The translations under genes were made by a program, and so were the position numbers. A stretch of DNA of 41,000 nt from Candidatus Bathyarchaeia archaeon (lineage in GTDB: Archaea; Thermoproteota; Bathyarchaeia; TCS64): positions 1 through 41,000 of the forward strand of contig JBEKDF010000025.1 of the NCBI GenBank assembly GCA_050014495.1, read 5' to 3'. The notes beneath the pieces were generated by a model. That model did not search any database. It saw only the letters and a program-made list of their open reading frames with translations, and was not told the DNA's origin. Shown one piece after another: positions 27,868 through 37,773 of this stretch (positions are counted from its first letter, which is position 1; each line of letters begins with the position of its first letter).

Positions 27868-29523
27868 CTACCCTAATCCGTTTACGAGTCCTCTGAAGTA
27901 TGACAGGATGGGACCTAGTGCGAGGAATGGGAGGAATGTCAATACGACTAGAAGCAGAATGGTGCCAACGAGCACTATTGTGAAAGTCATATTGTCTGTC
28001 CTGAAACCCACTTCGGTGCTCCGCTTCCTCCCAATCATGGAGCCGCCCAGGGCAAGGAGTAGGCCGATCGGAGCAAATCTGCCAATGAGCATCACCACCG
28101 CCGTTGAGACATTGAAGAAAACCGTGTTGCCTGATGCTCCGAGGAAGTCTGAGCCATTGTTTGCGGCGGCCGATGTGAATTCGTAGAGGATGCTGGTGAA
28201 ACCGACCGAGTCTCCGGCGACTCCCACAGCGCTTACGGCTCCAGTCGCGTAGGCCAGGAACGTTGGGATTAGTATGATTATTGGGTGTACGAGGAAGGCG
28301 ATCATGACGAGTTTCACGTCTCCGGCCGTGATCTTCAAGCCCAGATACTCGGGTGTCCTGCCGGACATGAGACCCACTATGAATACGGTGATCACGATGT
28401 ACATGATCATGTACATTAAGCCAACGCCCTTGCCCCCAGGGGTCGCCTGAATGAACATTCCCATAAACGCTGAGAGTATGGCGAGCGGATTCATTGCTCC
28501 CAGAGAGGCGTTCACCGAGCCAGTCGTCACAGCTGTTGTTACGACGGTCCAGAATGTTGAAAAGAAGCCTCCAATTCTGACCTCGATGCCGGGTCCAATT
28601 GGTGTGGTGGGGATGAAGGCGATGATGAGGTCGATCGCGAAGAGGGCGTATGCGCCGATGAGTATCGGCCGGGCCTCGCGACTCTTCCCCAGCATCTTGC
28701 CATAAACAAAACACAAAGAAGTTGGAATAAGGAGCATCAGCATCATCTCAAGGATATTTGAGGCGGGGCTGGGATTCTGGAAGGGGTATGCGGAGTTTGC
28801 TCCATAGTATCCGCCTCCGTTGGTGCCGATCTGCATTATGGACACGAGTGAGGCCACTGGCCCGACGAGGATCGATTGACTTGCTCCCTCGACCGTCTGC
28901 ACTACTGTATAGCCGCTGAGGGTCTGGGGTACTCCGAGCCAAACGAACGCTATTGAGGCGATCAGGCACAATGGGATCAGAAGCCTGGTCAAGGACCTCA
29001 CAAAGTCGATGTAGAAGTTGCTTAGATGTTTGGAGCCGGACGAGAAGCTACGAACCATAGCTATTGCTACGCAGATCCCTGTAGCCGCTGAGGTGAACTG
29101 GAGGAACTGAATCGCCATCATCTGGCTGAGGTACGAGAGAGTGGTCTCACCGTTATAGTGCTGCAGGTTGGTGTTCGTCGCAAATGAAATAACGGTGTTG
29201 AATGCAAGGTCCCAATGCATGCCTTGGAATCCTTGAGGGTTTAGCGGCAGCTTGTCCTGGAATATTAGAATGAGGAATGCAAATACCATCTGTGCTACGT
29301 TGACCAGGAGGGCGGAGAGGAAGTACTCTTTCCAACCCATTGAGTGGCTCGGGTCGATGCCTCCGAGTCTATAGATCAGATTCTCTACACGATTCAGAGC
29401 CCCGTCTAGGCGGCTTGGGGATCGGCTGAAGACCCCTGCGATGTATGAGGCGAGGAGGCGAGCGAGAACAATGGTAAGTCCTAGGATCAGGATTACTGTG
29501 GCTGCCTGAGTTACATCGATCAT
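27868..29523 (-). CDS. kdpA: K+-transporting ATPase subunit A
   Basis: 'SFATNTNLQHY', 'GTNGGG', 'GRTPEYLG', 'ANNGS'. Confidence 0.97.
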   Translation of the reverse strand: MIDVTQAATVILILGLTIVLARLLASYIAGVFSRSPSRLDGALNRVENLIYRLGGIDPSHSMGWKEYFLSALLVNVAQMVFAFLILIFQDKLPLNPQGFQGMHWDLAFNTVISFATNTNLQHYNGETTLSYLSQMMAIQFLQFTSAATGICVAIAMVRSFSSGSKHLSNFYIDFVRSLTRLLIPLCLIASIAFVWLGVPQTLSGYTVVQTVEGASQSILVGPVASLVSIMQIGTNGGGYYGANSAYPFQNPSPASNILEMMLMLLIPTSLCFVYGKMLGKSREARPILIGAYALFAIDLIIAFIPTTPIGPGIEVRIGGFFSTFWTVVTTAVTTGSVNASLGAMNPLAILSAFMGMFIQATPGGKGVGLMYMIMYIVITVFIVGLMSGRTPEYLGLKITAGDVKLVMIAFLVHPIIILIPTFLAYATGAVSAVGVAGDSVGFTSILYEFTSAAANNGSDFLGASGNTVFFNVSTAVVMLIGRFAPIGLLLALGGSMIGRKRSTEVGFRTDNMTFTIVLVGTILLLVVLTFLPFLALGPILSYFRGLVNGLG

Positions 29524-29595
29524 TTGGTTGAAGGCCTCGAGGTTTGTTACAGTATCATTTTGGGGTTTGATGAAAGTTCCTTACTAAAGCTACGC

Positions 29596-29880
29596 CTATC
29601 TAGCTGAATGGGAGTTGTTGTTGTCGCTCTTTGGCCCTTTGTGGGTATGCAGCACTATCGAGGTAACTGTACTTTTCACACCCTTTATCTTCATTATCTT
29701 GTTCTTGAGAACGTCCCTGAACTCCTCGATGTCCGCCGCCGAGACGAGGGCCACGATGTCAAATTCGCCAGTTACTTCGTAAAGTTCCTCAAGGTGGCTA
29801 AGCTTGTAGAGAGCCGCCACTACCTCATCCATTTCGGGTGACTCTACGAAGATGTCTACGAACGCTAAGATTCGGGACAA
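29596..29880 (-). CDS. Stand-alone Lrp/AsnC ligand-binding (RAM) domain protein
   Basis: 'LYEVTGEFDIVA...KIMKIKGVKSTVT'; no HTH; upstream of kdpA on the same strand. Confidence 0.85.
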   Translation of the reverse strand: MSRILAFVDIFVESPEMDEVVAALYKLSHLEELYEVTGEFDIVALVSAADIEEFRDVLKNKIMKIKGVKSTVTSIVLHTHKGPKSDNNNSHSAR

Positions 29881-29972
29881 CCCTTTTCATCTTGCTCTAT
29901 GGGGAGTATAGAGTGATTTATTAGGTCTTTCGGTGCGCGCGCTATATCTCGGGTGGTACTAACATTTACTAT

Positions 29973-29989
29973 TATGCGCGTGCGCGCGC
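29973..29989. repeat. Intergenic alternating purine-pyrimidine GCGC tract
   Basis: TATGCGCGTGCGCGCGC; neighbours at 29933-29942, 30041-30050, 30250-30259. Confidence 0.8.
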
Positions 29990-30269
29990 CAACCTAATTC
30001 AATTAATTTAGTATGTCGATTAATTTAAGTCCACTAAAAAATGCGCGCGCTTCTGCTTGACATACATCTCAACCTTCTAAGTTGGGGCGAGTAGTTTCTT
30101 TACATCTCCTGGTGTGGACAAACAATCAACCTAGTGAAGTCAAGAAATCTAGAGATATTTACATTATGACTCATCTCGAAAAAATAATTTATTTTCATCA
30201 AATAAATTGATGTGATTATAAATGAAGTGTGAAAAGGCTTAATTTTGGTCGCGCGTGCGATCACTTTGA

Positions 30270-30620
30270 ATGACCGACTCCTTTGGCTCAGTGAAAGTCC
30301 TCGGGCACGTATATGAAGAAGACATAGTAATACACACCGATGGGAACGTCACAAAGCGCAAGAAGAAAAAGTCCAGGGACCTGAAGGGAATATACGGTGG
30401 ACATACCCCTCTATCTGAGAGGGAACTGAAGTTCCTTCAGAAGGAGAAGCCGGCTATCGTCTACGTCGGCATCGGCTACGAGTCGGCGCTGCCCATAACA
30501 GAGGACGCTAAAGCGATTCTAAGTGAGTACGAGACTGTTTTTGAACCGACCCCGAGCATTGCTCAGATGATTGACGGTGAGAAGCGAAGATTCGCCGCGG
30601 TCATACATGTGACCTGCTAA
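30270..30620 (+). CDS. Mth938-like domain protein
   Basis: 'FGSV..G.VYEEDIVI...G.V.KRKK...HTPL...VGIG...AVIHVTC'. Confidence 0.8.
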   Translation: MTDSFGSVKVLGHVYEEDIVIHTDGNVTKRKKKKSRDLKGIYGGHTPLSERELKFLQKEKPAIVYVGIGYESALPITEDAKAILSEYETVFEPTPSIAQMIDGEKRRFAAVIHVTC

Positions 30621-30756
30621 ACAGGCGTATATTTACTGATGCGTGATATACGTGCGAGTTGAACATTTTTTATCCATACTTTGGTGTATGCACCTAGGTC
30701 CCCTGGTAAGACGTTTAACCCTAAAGTGGGTATCTAAGCAGGTGACTGAATTTTGA

Positions 30757-30965
30757 GGCGCGCGCGCCTGAAATGCTTTGGACAAGGCATGTTGAGAACA
30801 ACCTTGTCAGTAAAATAAATGAGGTAGTAAGTCGAGATTTAATAAAATATATTGATTTAATAAAAAAATACTTTGGAATTGTGAATAGGATTGAAGTTCC
30901 GCAAAATGGGTTCTCTGGGCTGGGAGGTTTCAGCCCTAGGTTTTGGCTGCATGAGGCTCCCACCC
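30757..30965 (+). repeat. 209-bp direct repeat (copy 2), attached to the intact aldo/keto reductase
   Basis: Aligns to 23487-23695. Confidence 0.95.
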
Positions 30966-32087
30966 CGAAGGATCAACAAGCTCAGGGCAGAGACCGACGA
31001 ATCAGTAAAGATAATACGCCACGGAATAGACCTCGGCATAAATTACCTCGATTCAGCCTGGGTGTATCATCTCGGCGACAGTGAGAAGATACTTGGACAC
31101 GCCTTAAAGAACGGTTACAGAGAGCGCGTGAAGGTTGCCACAAAGCTTCCCCTATTCTTGGTGCGAAATGAGGGAGACTTCGACCACTACCTGAAGTCAT
31201 CCCTGGACCGACTACAAATTGATTACCTAGACTTCTACCTACTCCACGGCATGGACCGAGGCGGCTTCGAGAAGGTTAAGCGACTCGGGTTAATTGAGAA
31301 GATGAAGGAAGCTAAGCAGAGAGGCCTGATCCACCACATCGGCTTCAGCTTTCACGATACCCTACCCGTCTTCAAGGAGATAATAGACTACTATCCTTGG
31401 GACATGACGCAGATTCAGTACAACTACATGGACACGGGGGCCCAGGCTACTACTGAGGGACTAAAATACGCTTACGGCAAGGGAATCTCCGTCGTGGTGA
31501 TGGAGCCTCTTAAGGGGGGTAAACTCGCTGACCCGCCGAAGGAGGCCCTGGATATTATGAAGAAGTCGGGGATCGATAGGACTCCAGTCGACTGGGCACT
31601 CAGGTTTCTGTGGGACCGCCCCGAGATATCTACGGTGCTCAGCGGGATGGGTACACGGAAGATGGTGGATGAGAATTGCGCATATGCGGATAGTTCGGGT
31701 GTCAATTCGTTAAGTGAGGCTGAACAGAAGATCATCTCCGAGGTAGCTGGCATCTACCGTGAGAAGATCCTGGTACCTTGTACCGCCTGCAACTATTGCA
31801 TGCCCTGCCCAAGTGGTGTAGATATTCCTGGCAACTTTGCTCTTCTCAACAATATGTCGACTGAGAGCAGTGGGCTTCGACGTTATATGCTGCGGAGAAA
31901 ATATGGTGGGCTTGCTAAACCGGGTGGGAGGGTTGACAGGGAGAAGCCGAACGGGAATGCCTCGGTCTGCGTTAACTGCGGCAGATGTGCTGAGAGGTGC
32001 CCTCAGCACATAGATATCCCGTCGGAGCTAAGGAAGACCCATGAGATTTTGGGGAAGGGAAAGAAGATCCGCGACTTTTACGACTGA
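30891..32087 (+). CDS. Aldo/keto reductase with C-terminal 4Fe-4S domain
   Basis: 'LGFGCMRLP', 'NYLDSAWVY', 'ATKLP', 'IGFSFH', 'QYNY', CTACNYCMPCP, CVNCGRCAERCP. Confidence 0.95.
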   Translation: MKFRKMGSLGWEVSALGFGCMRLPPRRINKLRAETDESVKIIRHGIDLGINYLDSAWVYHLGDSEKILGHALKNGYRERVKVATKLPLFLVRNEGDFDHYLKSSLDRLQIDYLDFYLLHGMDRGGFEKVKRLGLIEKMKEAKQRGLIHHIGFSFHDTLPVFKEIIDYYPWDMTQIQYNYMDTGAQATTEGLKYAYGKGISVVVMEPLKGGKLADPPKEALDIMKKSGIDRTPVDWALRFLWDRPEISTVLSGMGTRKMVDENCAYADSSGVNSLSEAEQKIISEVAGIYREKILVPCTACNYCMPCPSGVDIPGNFALLNNMSTESSGLRRYMLRRKYGGLAKPGGRVDREKPNGNASVCVNCGRCAERCPQHIDIPSELRKTHEILGKGKKIRDFYD

Positions 32088-32302
32088 TGTTTTCTTCATC
32101 GAAACGTAGAGTTTATGCTTGAAATCGTTCTTGATTTCGATTAAAATATTTTTTCTTTTAAAAAGGAAATGCGCGCGCGGTGTTAGAGGCATGCATAGTG
32201 GCCTTTCAAGAGTCTTGAAAGCGAATTCAACTATCTTGAAGAGTCATTAAAATGTGTAGCATCATATAGGCAGTAGACACGCCTAGTATACTGGTAATAA
32301 TG

Positions 32303-33469
32303 ATGGCGACAAAGAATCAAGCATTAAAATATGGTTTTGCTGCGGTATTGGTAGCTTTAGCAATAATCGGAACATCCCTCTACACGAACACACTGCTGAA
32401 TCCCGCGGGCCAGTCCACGCAGGTTGGCCAGACGAACTTCCTCGTGATGTTGACTGATCCACCGACTGTTCCCAAGGGTACCACTCAGCTCAACGTAACC
32501 TACTCGAGCATTCAGGTTCATGTAGTTTCAAGCGGCGGCTTATCCAACTGGGTAGCGGCTCAGGAGTCCGGCAGGGTTAATCTCCTCAAGCTGGTTAATG
32601 TCACTCAGACGATTGCCTCCGTGAGCCTCCCAACGGGCTCCACGGTAGATAAGCTCCAGTTCAAGCTCTCGTCCGCTGAGGCGAATGTGAGCGGCGTAGT
32701 CTACCCGGTTACACTGTTGTCGGATCAGCTGCTAATCAACATCAAGTCGAAGCTGAATGGCACCAATACGGCTGCCCTCATAGATTTGAGGCCAACCCTT
32801 CTCGAGATCAATGCCACGAACTCGACGGGCGGCTCGGTGAAGTACTTCGTCCTCTCGCCCAGTGCGACGGCTGTGATCCAGGGCATCGTAGACGAGACTC
32901 AGTCAAAGATCGGCTGCAGGACTAATCTGAATGACAAAGAGGGCAGGGATCTCGACAAGGCGTACAAGAGTGCCTCGAACAACGTCACGATCTCTCAACC
33001 CACCTTATCAGTGAGGGGAAACGTTACGACGTTCTCCGTCACCCTTAAGAACGTCGGCAAGGCGAACGCGACCCTGATGAGCCTGACTCTGCAGGGCGAC
33101 TTCAACTCGACCTTCTCCTGGTTCGTGAAGGAGCAGAGCATGAAGGGGAAGGGCGGCATGGGGAGAGGGACGATGCCGGGTGGTTTGATGATGAAGGATC
33201 ACCCTGAGGCAATCCCCTTCAGGATCAGTGGTGACAAGCTGGTTCCGTTCTTCGGTGAGGACCTCCGCGATAGCGGTGCAAACGGGAAGCTTGTGCTGAA
33301 GCCCGGGGAGTCGGTGACTCTAACGTATTCGGGTGTGCTCCAGCTCCGCAGCGACGGATGGGGCAAGTCGCCGAGCGTTGTGGTGAAGCCAGTGGTTGGC
33401 AAGAGCTATACCCTGCATGTGATGAGCAACGGGTCTGAGACCTCCACCGTCACCGCTACCACGGGCTAA
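32303..33469 (+). CDS. Membrane-anchored/secreted DUF4382-like protein
   Basis: N-terminal TM segment, 'VMLTDPP', many N-x-S/T sequons, Ig-like C-terminus. Confidence 0.7.
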   Translation: MATKNQALKYGFAAVLVALAIIGTSLYTNTLLNPAGQSTQVGQTNFLVMLTDPPTVPKGTTQLNVTYSSIQVHVVSSGGLSNWVAAQESGRVNLLKLVNVTQTIASVSLPTGSTVDKLQFKLSSAEANVSGVVYPVTLLSDQLLINIKSKLNGTNTAALIDLRPTLLEINATNSTGGSVKYFVLSPSATAVIQGIVDETQSKIGCRTNLNDKEGRDLDKAYKSASNNVTISQPTLSVRGNVTTFSVTLKNVGKANATLMSLTLQGDFNSTFSWFVKEQSMKGKGGMGRGTMPGGLMMKDHPEAIPFRISGDKLVPFFGEDLRDSGANGKLVLKPGESVTLTYSGVLQLRSDGWGKSPSVVVKPVVGKSYTLHVMSNGSETSTVTATTG

Positions 33470-33550
33470 GCCCATAGCAGCTACCTTTTTTTCACGCGCG
33501 ACTTGAAGACTAATTTTTTTCAACTTATAGATACCAGAGCTCGCGCGCGC

Positions 33551-33831
33551 AATGGCACAAATATAACGGTTGAAAGCGTGATCAGAGAGACCTAGGCCGT
33601 GGGGACAAGAGAGCAAGAATATCTAAAAGAAGGTACATGTCAGCTGACCAAGAAACAACTTACATCTACAAAGAATCAAGGATTCCCTCTGTGTCAGTCA
33701 TGTTAGTAACTGATTTGCCTCTGAAGAAGAAAGGAATACTATTCAAACTTGATTCCTCTGATTCAATGCAAATTGAAAATGGCGTTAAAAATTTAATCGA
33801 TAATGTTCTTGAATCTATAGACATGTTTTGA
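33551..33831 (+). pseudogene. C-terminal relic of a purine/uridine nucleoside phosphorylase-family gene
   Basis: NGTNITVESVIRET*...EYLKEG/(frameshift)YMSADQETT...IPSVSVMLVTDLP resembles the 'T.d...RET...G...vEME...vsD.p' pattern; begins right after tract 33542-33551. Confidence 0.6.
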
Positions 33832-33997
33832 GTTTTTTTGTCAGTATATGTGATTTGCTGTTTCTAGATCTCTTTGGGTTATGCTCGCGCCACAGAGGAT
33901 GCACTCCCTGCGCACGCGCATGAAATCCCCTTGTGTGAGCGCAGTTGTGATGCGAACTTCTTTAAGCGCTTCGGCACCAGTGAAAACAGGTGTGACC

Positions 33998-34783
33998 ATG
34001 AATTACACTCAGATAAAGGTGAGCAGAGAGGAGCGTGTGGGTGTCATCACCATCGATGCCCCACCGCAGAACGGCTTCAGCAAGAGGATGATCGTGGAGA
34101 TACTCGACTGTCTCGACAACTTCGAGAGGGACGACGAGGTACGGGCCGTCATGCTCAGGAGCACTGGGCCGAACTTCTCCCAAGGCGCAGGCTTCGAGGA
34201 CCTGGACAAGGACATAGTGGGTGGGGTGACCGATACCCCGTTCTCGGAGCTCGGTGGAAGGATCGTCGAGAGGATCGACTGCTACCCGAAGCCGACCCTC
34301 GTAGCGGCGCGGGGCATCTGTTTCGGAGGCTCCACAGCCGTCTTCAGCGCCTTCGACATCAGGATCGTAGGGGAGACCTTCAACATTCACGACGGCGACA
34401 TCTACTACGGGATCGTCGGGTCCTGGGGAATGTGCAGCCTCCGGCTGCCGATCTGGATCGGCAGGAACAAGGTGCTTGACTACATGTTCCTCAACGAGGG
34501 CTTCACGGGGAGGCAGGCATACGAGCTTGGGCTGGTCAGTAAGGTCGTGCCAGACGATCAGGTCGACGAGATCGGCCTTTCTATCGCGAAGAAGATGTCC
34601 ACCGCCGCGCCTGTTGCCGCGAGGTACTTCAAGGAGTGCGTTCGCAACGTGTTATATCCCCACCTTGCAGAGGCCCGGGTGAAGGAGCTGGAGGCATCGA
34701 ACTTGGTCTGGGCCACGGAGGACGCCAAGGAGGGCTTAGCGAACGTGATCAGGGGCAAGAAGACCGTTTTCAAGGGCAGATAG
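33998..34783 (+). CDS. Enoyl-CoA hydratase/isomerase (crotonase) family protein
   Basis: 'VGVITIDAPPQN', 'YPKPTLVA', 'AYELGLVSKVVP', 'TEDAKEG...FKGR'; ATG at 33998 with GGTG RBS. Confidence 0.88.
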   Translation: MNYTQIKVSREERVGVITIDAPPQNGFSKRMIVEILDCLDNFERDDEVRAVMLRSTGPNFSQGAGFEDLDKDIVGGVTDTPFSELGGRIVERIDCYPKPTLVAARGICFGGSTAVFSAFDIRIVGETFNIHDGDIYYGIVGSWGMCSLRLPIWIGRNKVLDYMFLNEGFTGRQAYELGLVSKVVPDDQVDEIGLSIAKKMSTAAPVAARYFKECVRNVLYPHLAEARVKELEASNLVWATEDAKEGLANVIRGKKTVFKGR

Positions 34784-34937
34784 TCCCCGTCGACACCGCG
34801 CAATACGACATAAGCGTGCCTACTTCGGCCTCTCGAAAACAAACGGCGAGGGGTTTCGCACCGCGAGTCGGGAAGAGGGAGGTTCTGAATAGGGAAGAGA
34901 CGTGTAATATCTTCGGGAGCTTCACAGGTTCTTCGAG

Positions 34938-34951
34938 ACGCGCGCGCATAC
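34938..34951. repeat. Intergenic alternating purine-pyrimidine GCGC tract
   Basis: ACGCGCGCGCATAC. Confidence 0.8.
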
Positions 34952-35023
34952 TAAATATTGGTGCAAAAATATACTGAATGAAATGAATGGGAATAATGAT
35001 GGTAAAAAAATGGTAGGATGATC

Positions 35024-35872
35024 ATGACTGAACAAGAGATAAAAGTTGTTTATGTGAATGGCCAATTTGTTCCAAAATCTGAAGCCAGGGTTAGTTGCTT
35101 CGATGAAGGGGTAACGCACGGGTGGGCTATATACGAGGGCATCAGGGTATACGATGGGAAAATACTGCACCTCGACGCCCACATAGATAGGCTGTATGAT
35201 TCCGCTAAGGGTGCGTTCATCAAGATACCGCTCACGAAGGATGAGTTCAAGAAAGCGGTCTTGGACACCGTTAAAGCGAATGGGTTTAGGAACTGCCACA
35301 TCATGCCTTGGGTCAGCTACGGGGAGAGGGGAGGTAAACCAACTATTGTGATACCGGCTCGACCGGCTAAATCTGACATCGGCAAGGAGGTGAAGGCTGT
35401 CGTCTCGGCTATTAGACGAGCAAGCTGCGACTCCATCGACCCGAAGATAAAGACCAACAGTCGACTGGATCTGTGTCTAGCCTCCTTGGAGGCTAGGAGG
35501 GCTGGGGTTGACTACGCGATTATGCTTGACAAGGATGGGCTCGTGGCTGAGGTTTCGATGGCTAACATCTTCGTAGTTAAGAAGGGTGCGGTTTATACCC
35601 CGACGTTGGTACACGCGCTTGATGGTATTACGCGGGAAGTTTTGATGAAGATGTATAAGAGTAGTGGGATACCGATGGAGGAGCGTAATCTCACGATCCA
35701 GGATCTCTACTCGGCTGATGAGGTTTTCCTATGTGGCTCGGGTGCTGAGATACACGGCATAATTGAGATCGATCAGAGAGTAATAGGGGAGGGAAGGACG
35801 GGTCCTCTAACTAGGAAGGCGGTTGACTGGTACGTTAACCACATCAGAGAGGATGGCGTGCCCATCTATTGA
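35024..35872 (+). CDS. Class IV (PLP fold IV) aminotransferase
   Basis: 'YEGIR', 'HIDRL', 'IKT', 'VAE...ANIF', 'LDGITR', 'ADEVFLCGS'. Confidence 0.92.
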   Translation: MTEQEIKVVYVNGQFVPKSEARVSCFDEGVTHGWAIYEGIRVYDGKILHLDAHIDRLYDSAKGAFIKIPLTKDEFKKAVLDTVKANGFRNCHIMPWVSYGERGGKPTIVIPARPAKSDIGKEVKAVVSAIRRASCDSIDPKIKTNSRLDLCLASLEARRAGVDYAIMLDKDGLVAEVSMANIFVVKKGAVYTPTLVHALDGITREVLMKMYKSSGIPMEERNLTIQDLYSADEVFLCGSGAEIHGIIEIDQRVIGEGRTGPLTRKAVDWYVNHIREDGVPIY

Positions 35873-35893
35873 CAATATAGTTAGTGATAAGAA

Positions 35894-36883
35894 TTGAAGT
35901 GGGCCATAATCGCTAATGCCAGTACGCGTGACCGAGACGGTATACTTAAGGCGGTGAACGAGGGAGCGGAGGCTTTGGTGAGGGGCCTCTCAGCCGTCGA
36001 CGCTGTTGAGTTGTCGATTCGATCGATGGAGGATAACCCGGTCTTCGACGCGGGTACGGGGTGTGATATCAACCTCTTCGGCTTGATCTTGATGGATGCG
36101 TCGATCATGGATGGGTCCAGCCTGAGGGCTGGGGCGGTTGGCTCGGTTAGGGGTGTTAAGAATCCGGTTAGTCTGGCGAGGAGGGTTATGGATAGGACCT
36201 CGAATGTCCTCCTTGTTGGTGAGGGTGCTGAGGAGTTTGCGAAGACTTTAGCTTCATATGATGACGCGATTGTTGTGGGGTATGATTCTAGAACCGTTGA
36301 TAAGAGGAGAAAATACGAGAGGGCGATTCAGGCTCTGATAGATTGTGGGGTGGCGAAGGAGATCCTTGGGGAGTCTCCTAGCACTGCAAAAACTATCTGC
36401 AGGCTTCTGATCGATGGGAAACTTGAGGCAGTTCAGAATAGGTACGGCGAATTAAGTGATCATGGGACCGTCTCCGCATCAGCGCTAGATGTAAAGGGTA
36501 ACTTTGCCGCCGGGGCCTCCACGGGTGGTTGGACGTTTGCAATCCCTGGGAGGATTGGTGATAGTCCACTTATTGGCTGCGGGGCATACGCGGATAATCG
36601 GGCTGGGGCTGCATCCACTGCGAGCATACGTGGTGAGGAGAATATGCGTCTCGGTGGTTTAACTAGGCGAGTATGCGACTTGATGGGGGAGAGTGCATCC
36701 GCTGAGCAGGCTACGAATAAGGTTACTGAATATGCTCTTGATAGACTTGATCTCGTTCTGAAGAGGGGAAGCCTAGTTGCTATTGATCGAAAAGGTCAGG
36801 TAGGTTTCAATGGAGAGCATGAGGCCGACTCGATTAGTGTCGGGTTTAGGGAAGAGGGAAGAGAAGTGAGTATCTTAGCTTAA
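35894..36883 (+). CDS. Isoaspartyl peptidase/L-asparaginase (Ntn-hydrolase)
   Basis: 'MEDNPVFDAG', 'MDASIMDG', 'KNPV.LAR', nucleophile 'GTV', 'GRIGDSPLIGCG.YAD'. Confidence 0.9.
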   Translation: MKWAIIANASTRDRDGILKAVNEGAEALVRGLSAVDAVELSIRSMEDNPVFDAGTGCDINLFGLILMDASIMDGSSLRAGAVGSVRGVKNPVSLARRVMDRTSNVLLVGEGAEEFAKTLASYDDAIVVGYDSRTVDKRRKYERAIQALIDCGVAKEILGESPSTAKTICRLLIDGKLEAVQNRYGELSDHGTVSASALDVKGNFAAGASTGGWTFAIPGRIGDSPLIGCGAYADNRAGAASTASIRGEENMRLGGLTRRVCDLMGESASAEQATNKVTEYALDRLDLVLKRGSLVAIDRKGQVGFNGEHEADSISVGFREEGREVSILA

Positions 36884-36937
36884 GCAGGTGCGTATATTCT
36901 TACGATTCGCGCGAATTAGCATAATTAATGCGTGCGC

Positions 36938-37375
36938 CTACCTGACGATGGCGATCACTACGCCGATGAAGAAACCCACGGTAATCGGCAGAATAGTGGT
37001 CAGGCCCAGCATGTAGACTATCGAGAGTAGGACCGGGTACACCTTCCCCCACTCCAACCCGAGGCTGCTGAGCTGCTGCTGAATGTTCACGCCGAGCGCC
37101 GGGGAATTCCAGATGTTCAGGACGACGCCTAACATGAATATGAGTATCAGTGCGAGGATGTACTTCACGATCTTGACCGAGAAGTAGCCCAGGCCCAGCC
37201 CCAGGAGCAGCTCGATCACGAAGATCAGTATGGTGTTCTGATTCATGAAGAGGGAGGTGGTAACGCCAACGGGGTTCGAGCTATTCGTCTGAGCCGAGGC
37301 AAAGCCGACGCTTGAGCCGACCGACACAAGCATAAGCATAAACGCGCACGCGCGCCAGAACCCGAGTCTCAGCAT
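36938..37375 (-). CDS. Membrane protein, FUN14-like
   Basis: Signal-like N-terminus, 'GLGLGYFSVKIVKYIL', C-terminal 'GFFIG'. Confidence 0.6.
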   Translation of the reverse strand: MLRLGFWRACAFMLMLVSVGSSVGFASAQTNSSNPVGVTTSLFMNQNTILIFVIELLLGLGLGYFSVKIVKYILALILIFMLGVVLNIWNSPALGVNIQQQLSSLGLEWGKVYPVLLSIVYMLGLTTILPITVGFFIGVVIAIVR

Positions 37376-37773
37376 GTCCCATCATTTGAATACCTAAAAA
37401 ATAATACTTTTCCCAAATACACATATCAGGTCGGTGCGCACGCAAAATCATCCCCTTCTTCTTTTATCCTTTGTAAATTTCTTTTAATAGCCAATCAATA
37501 GAAATAGAATAAAGGGGATATCGGGTGGGATGGTTTAGTAACTATACTAAACGCGCGTGCATAGGCCGTCGCGTGAGCGACGAAGATGTCCTTTTTATCA
37601 TGCGAATCCAATAATCCATCTTTAGAGCTAACAACGGCGCGCTCCTGGAGCCATTGATGACCCTTTCGCGAGCGATGTAATTGGGCTCTTTTTTAGGGGC
37701 ATGATCCTCATCTTCGAGAGTGCACGCGAATAATCTTAATGATTAAAAGTGCGCTCGAAAAGAACAGGGTGAT

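Noticed and set aside
27863..28714. 283-aa alternate-frame ORF inside kdpA
   Set aside because: Arg/His-rich off-frame translation fully overlapping a conserved gene.
30773..31084. 103-aa ORF overlapping the aldo/keto reductase start
   Set aside because: Frame is broken in the repeat copy and overlaps a real gene; at most its first part is a gene-end relic.
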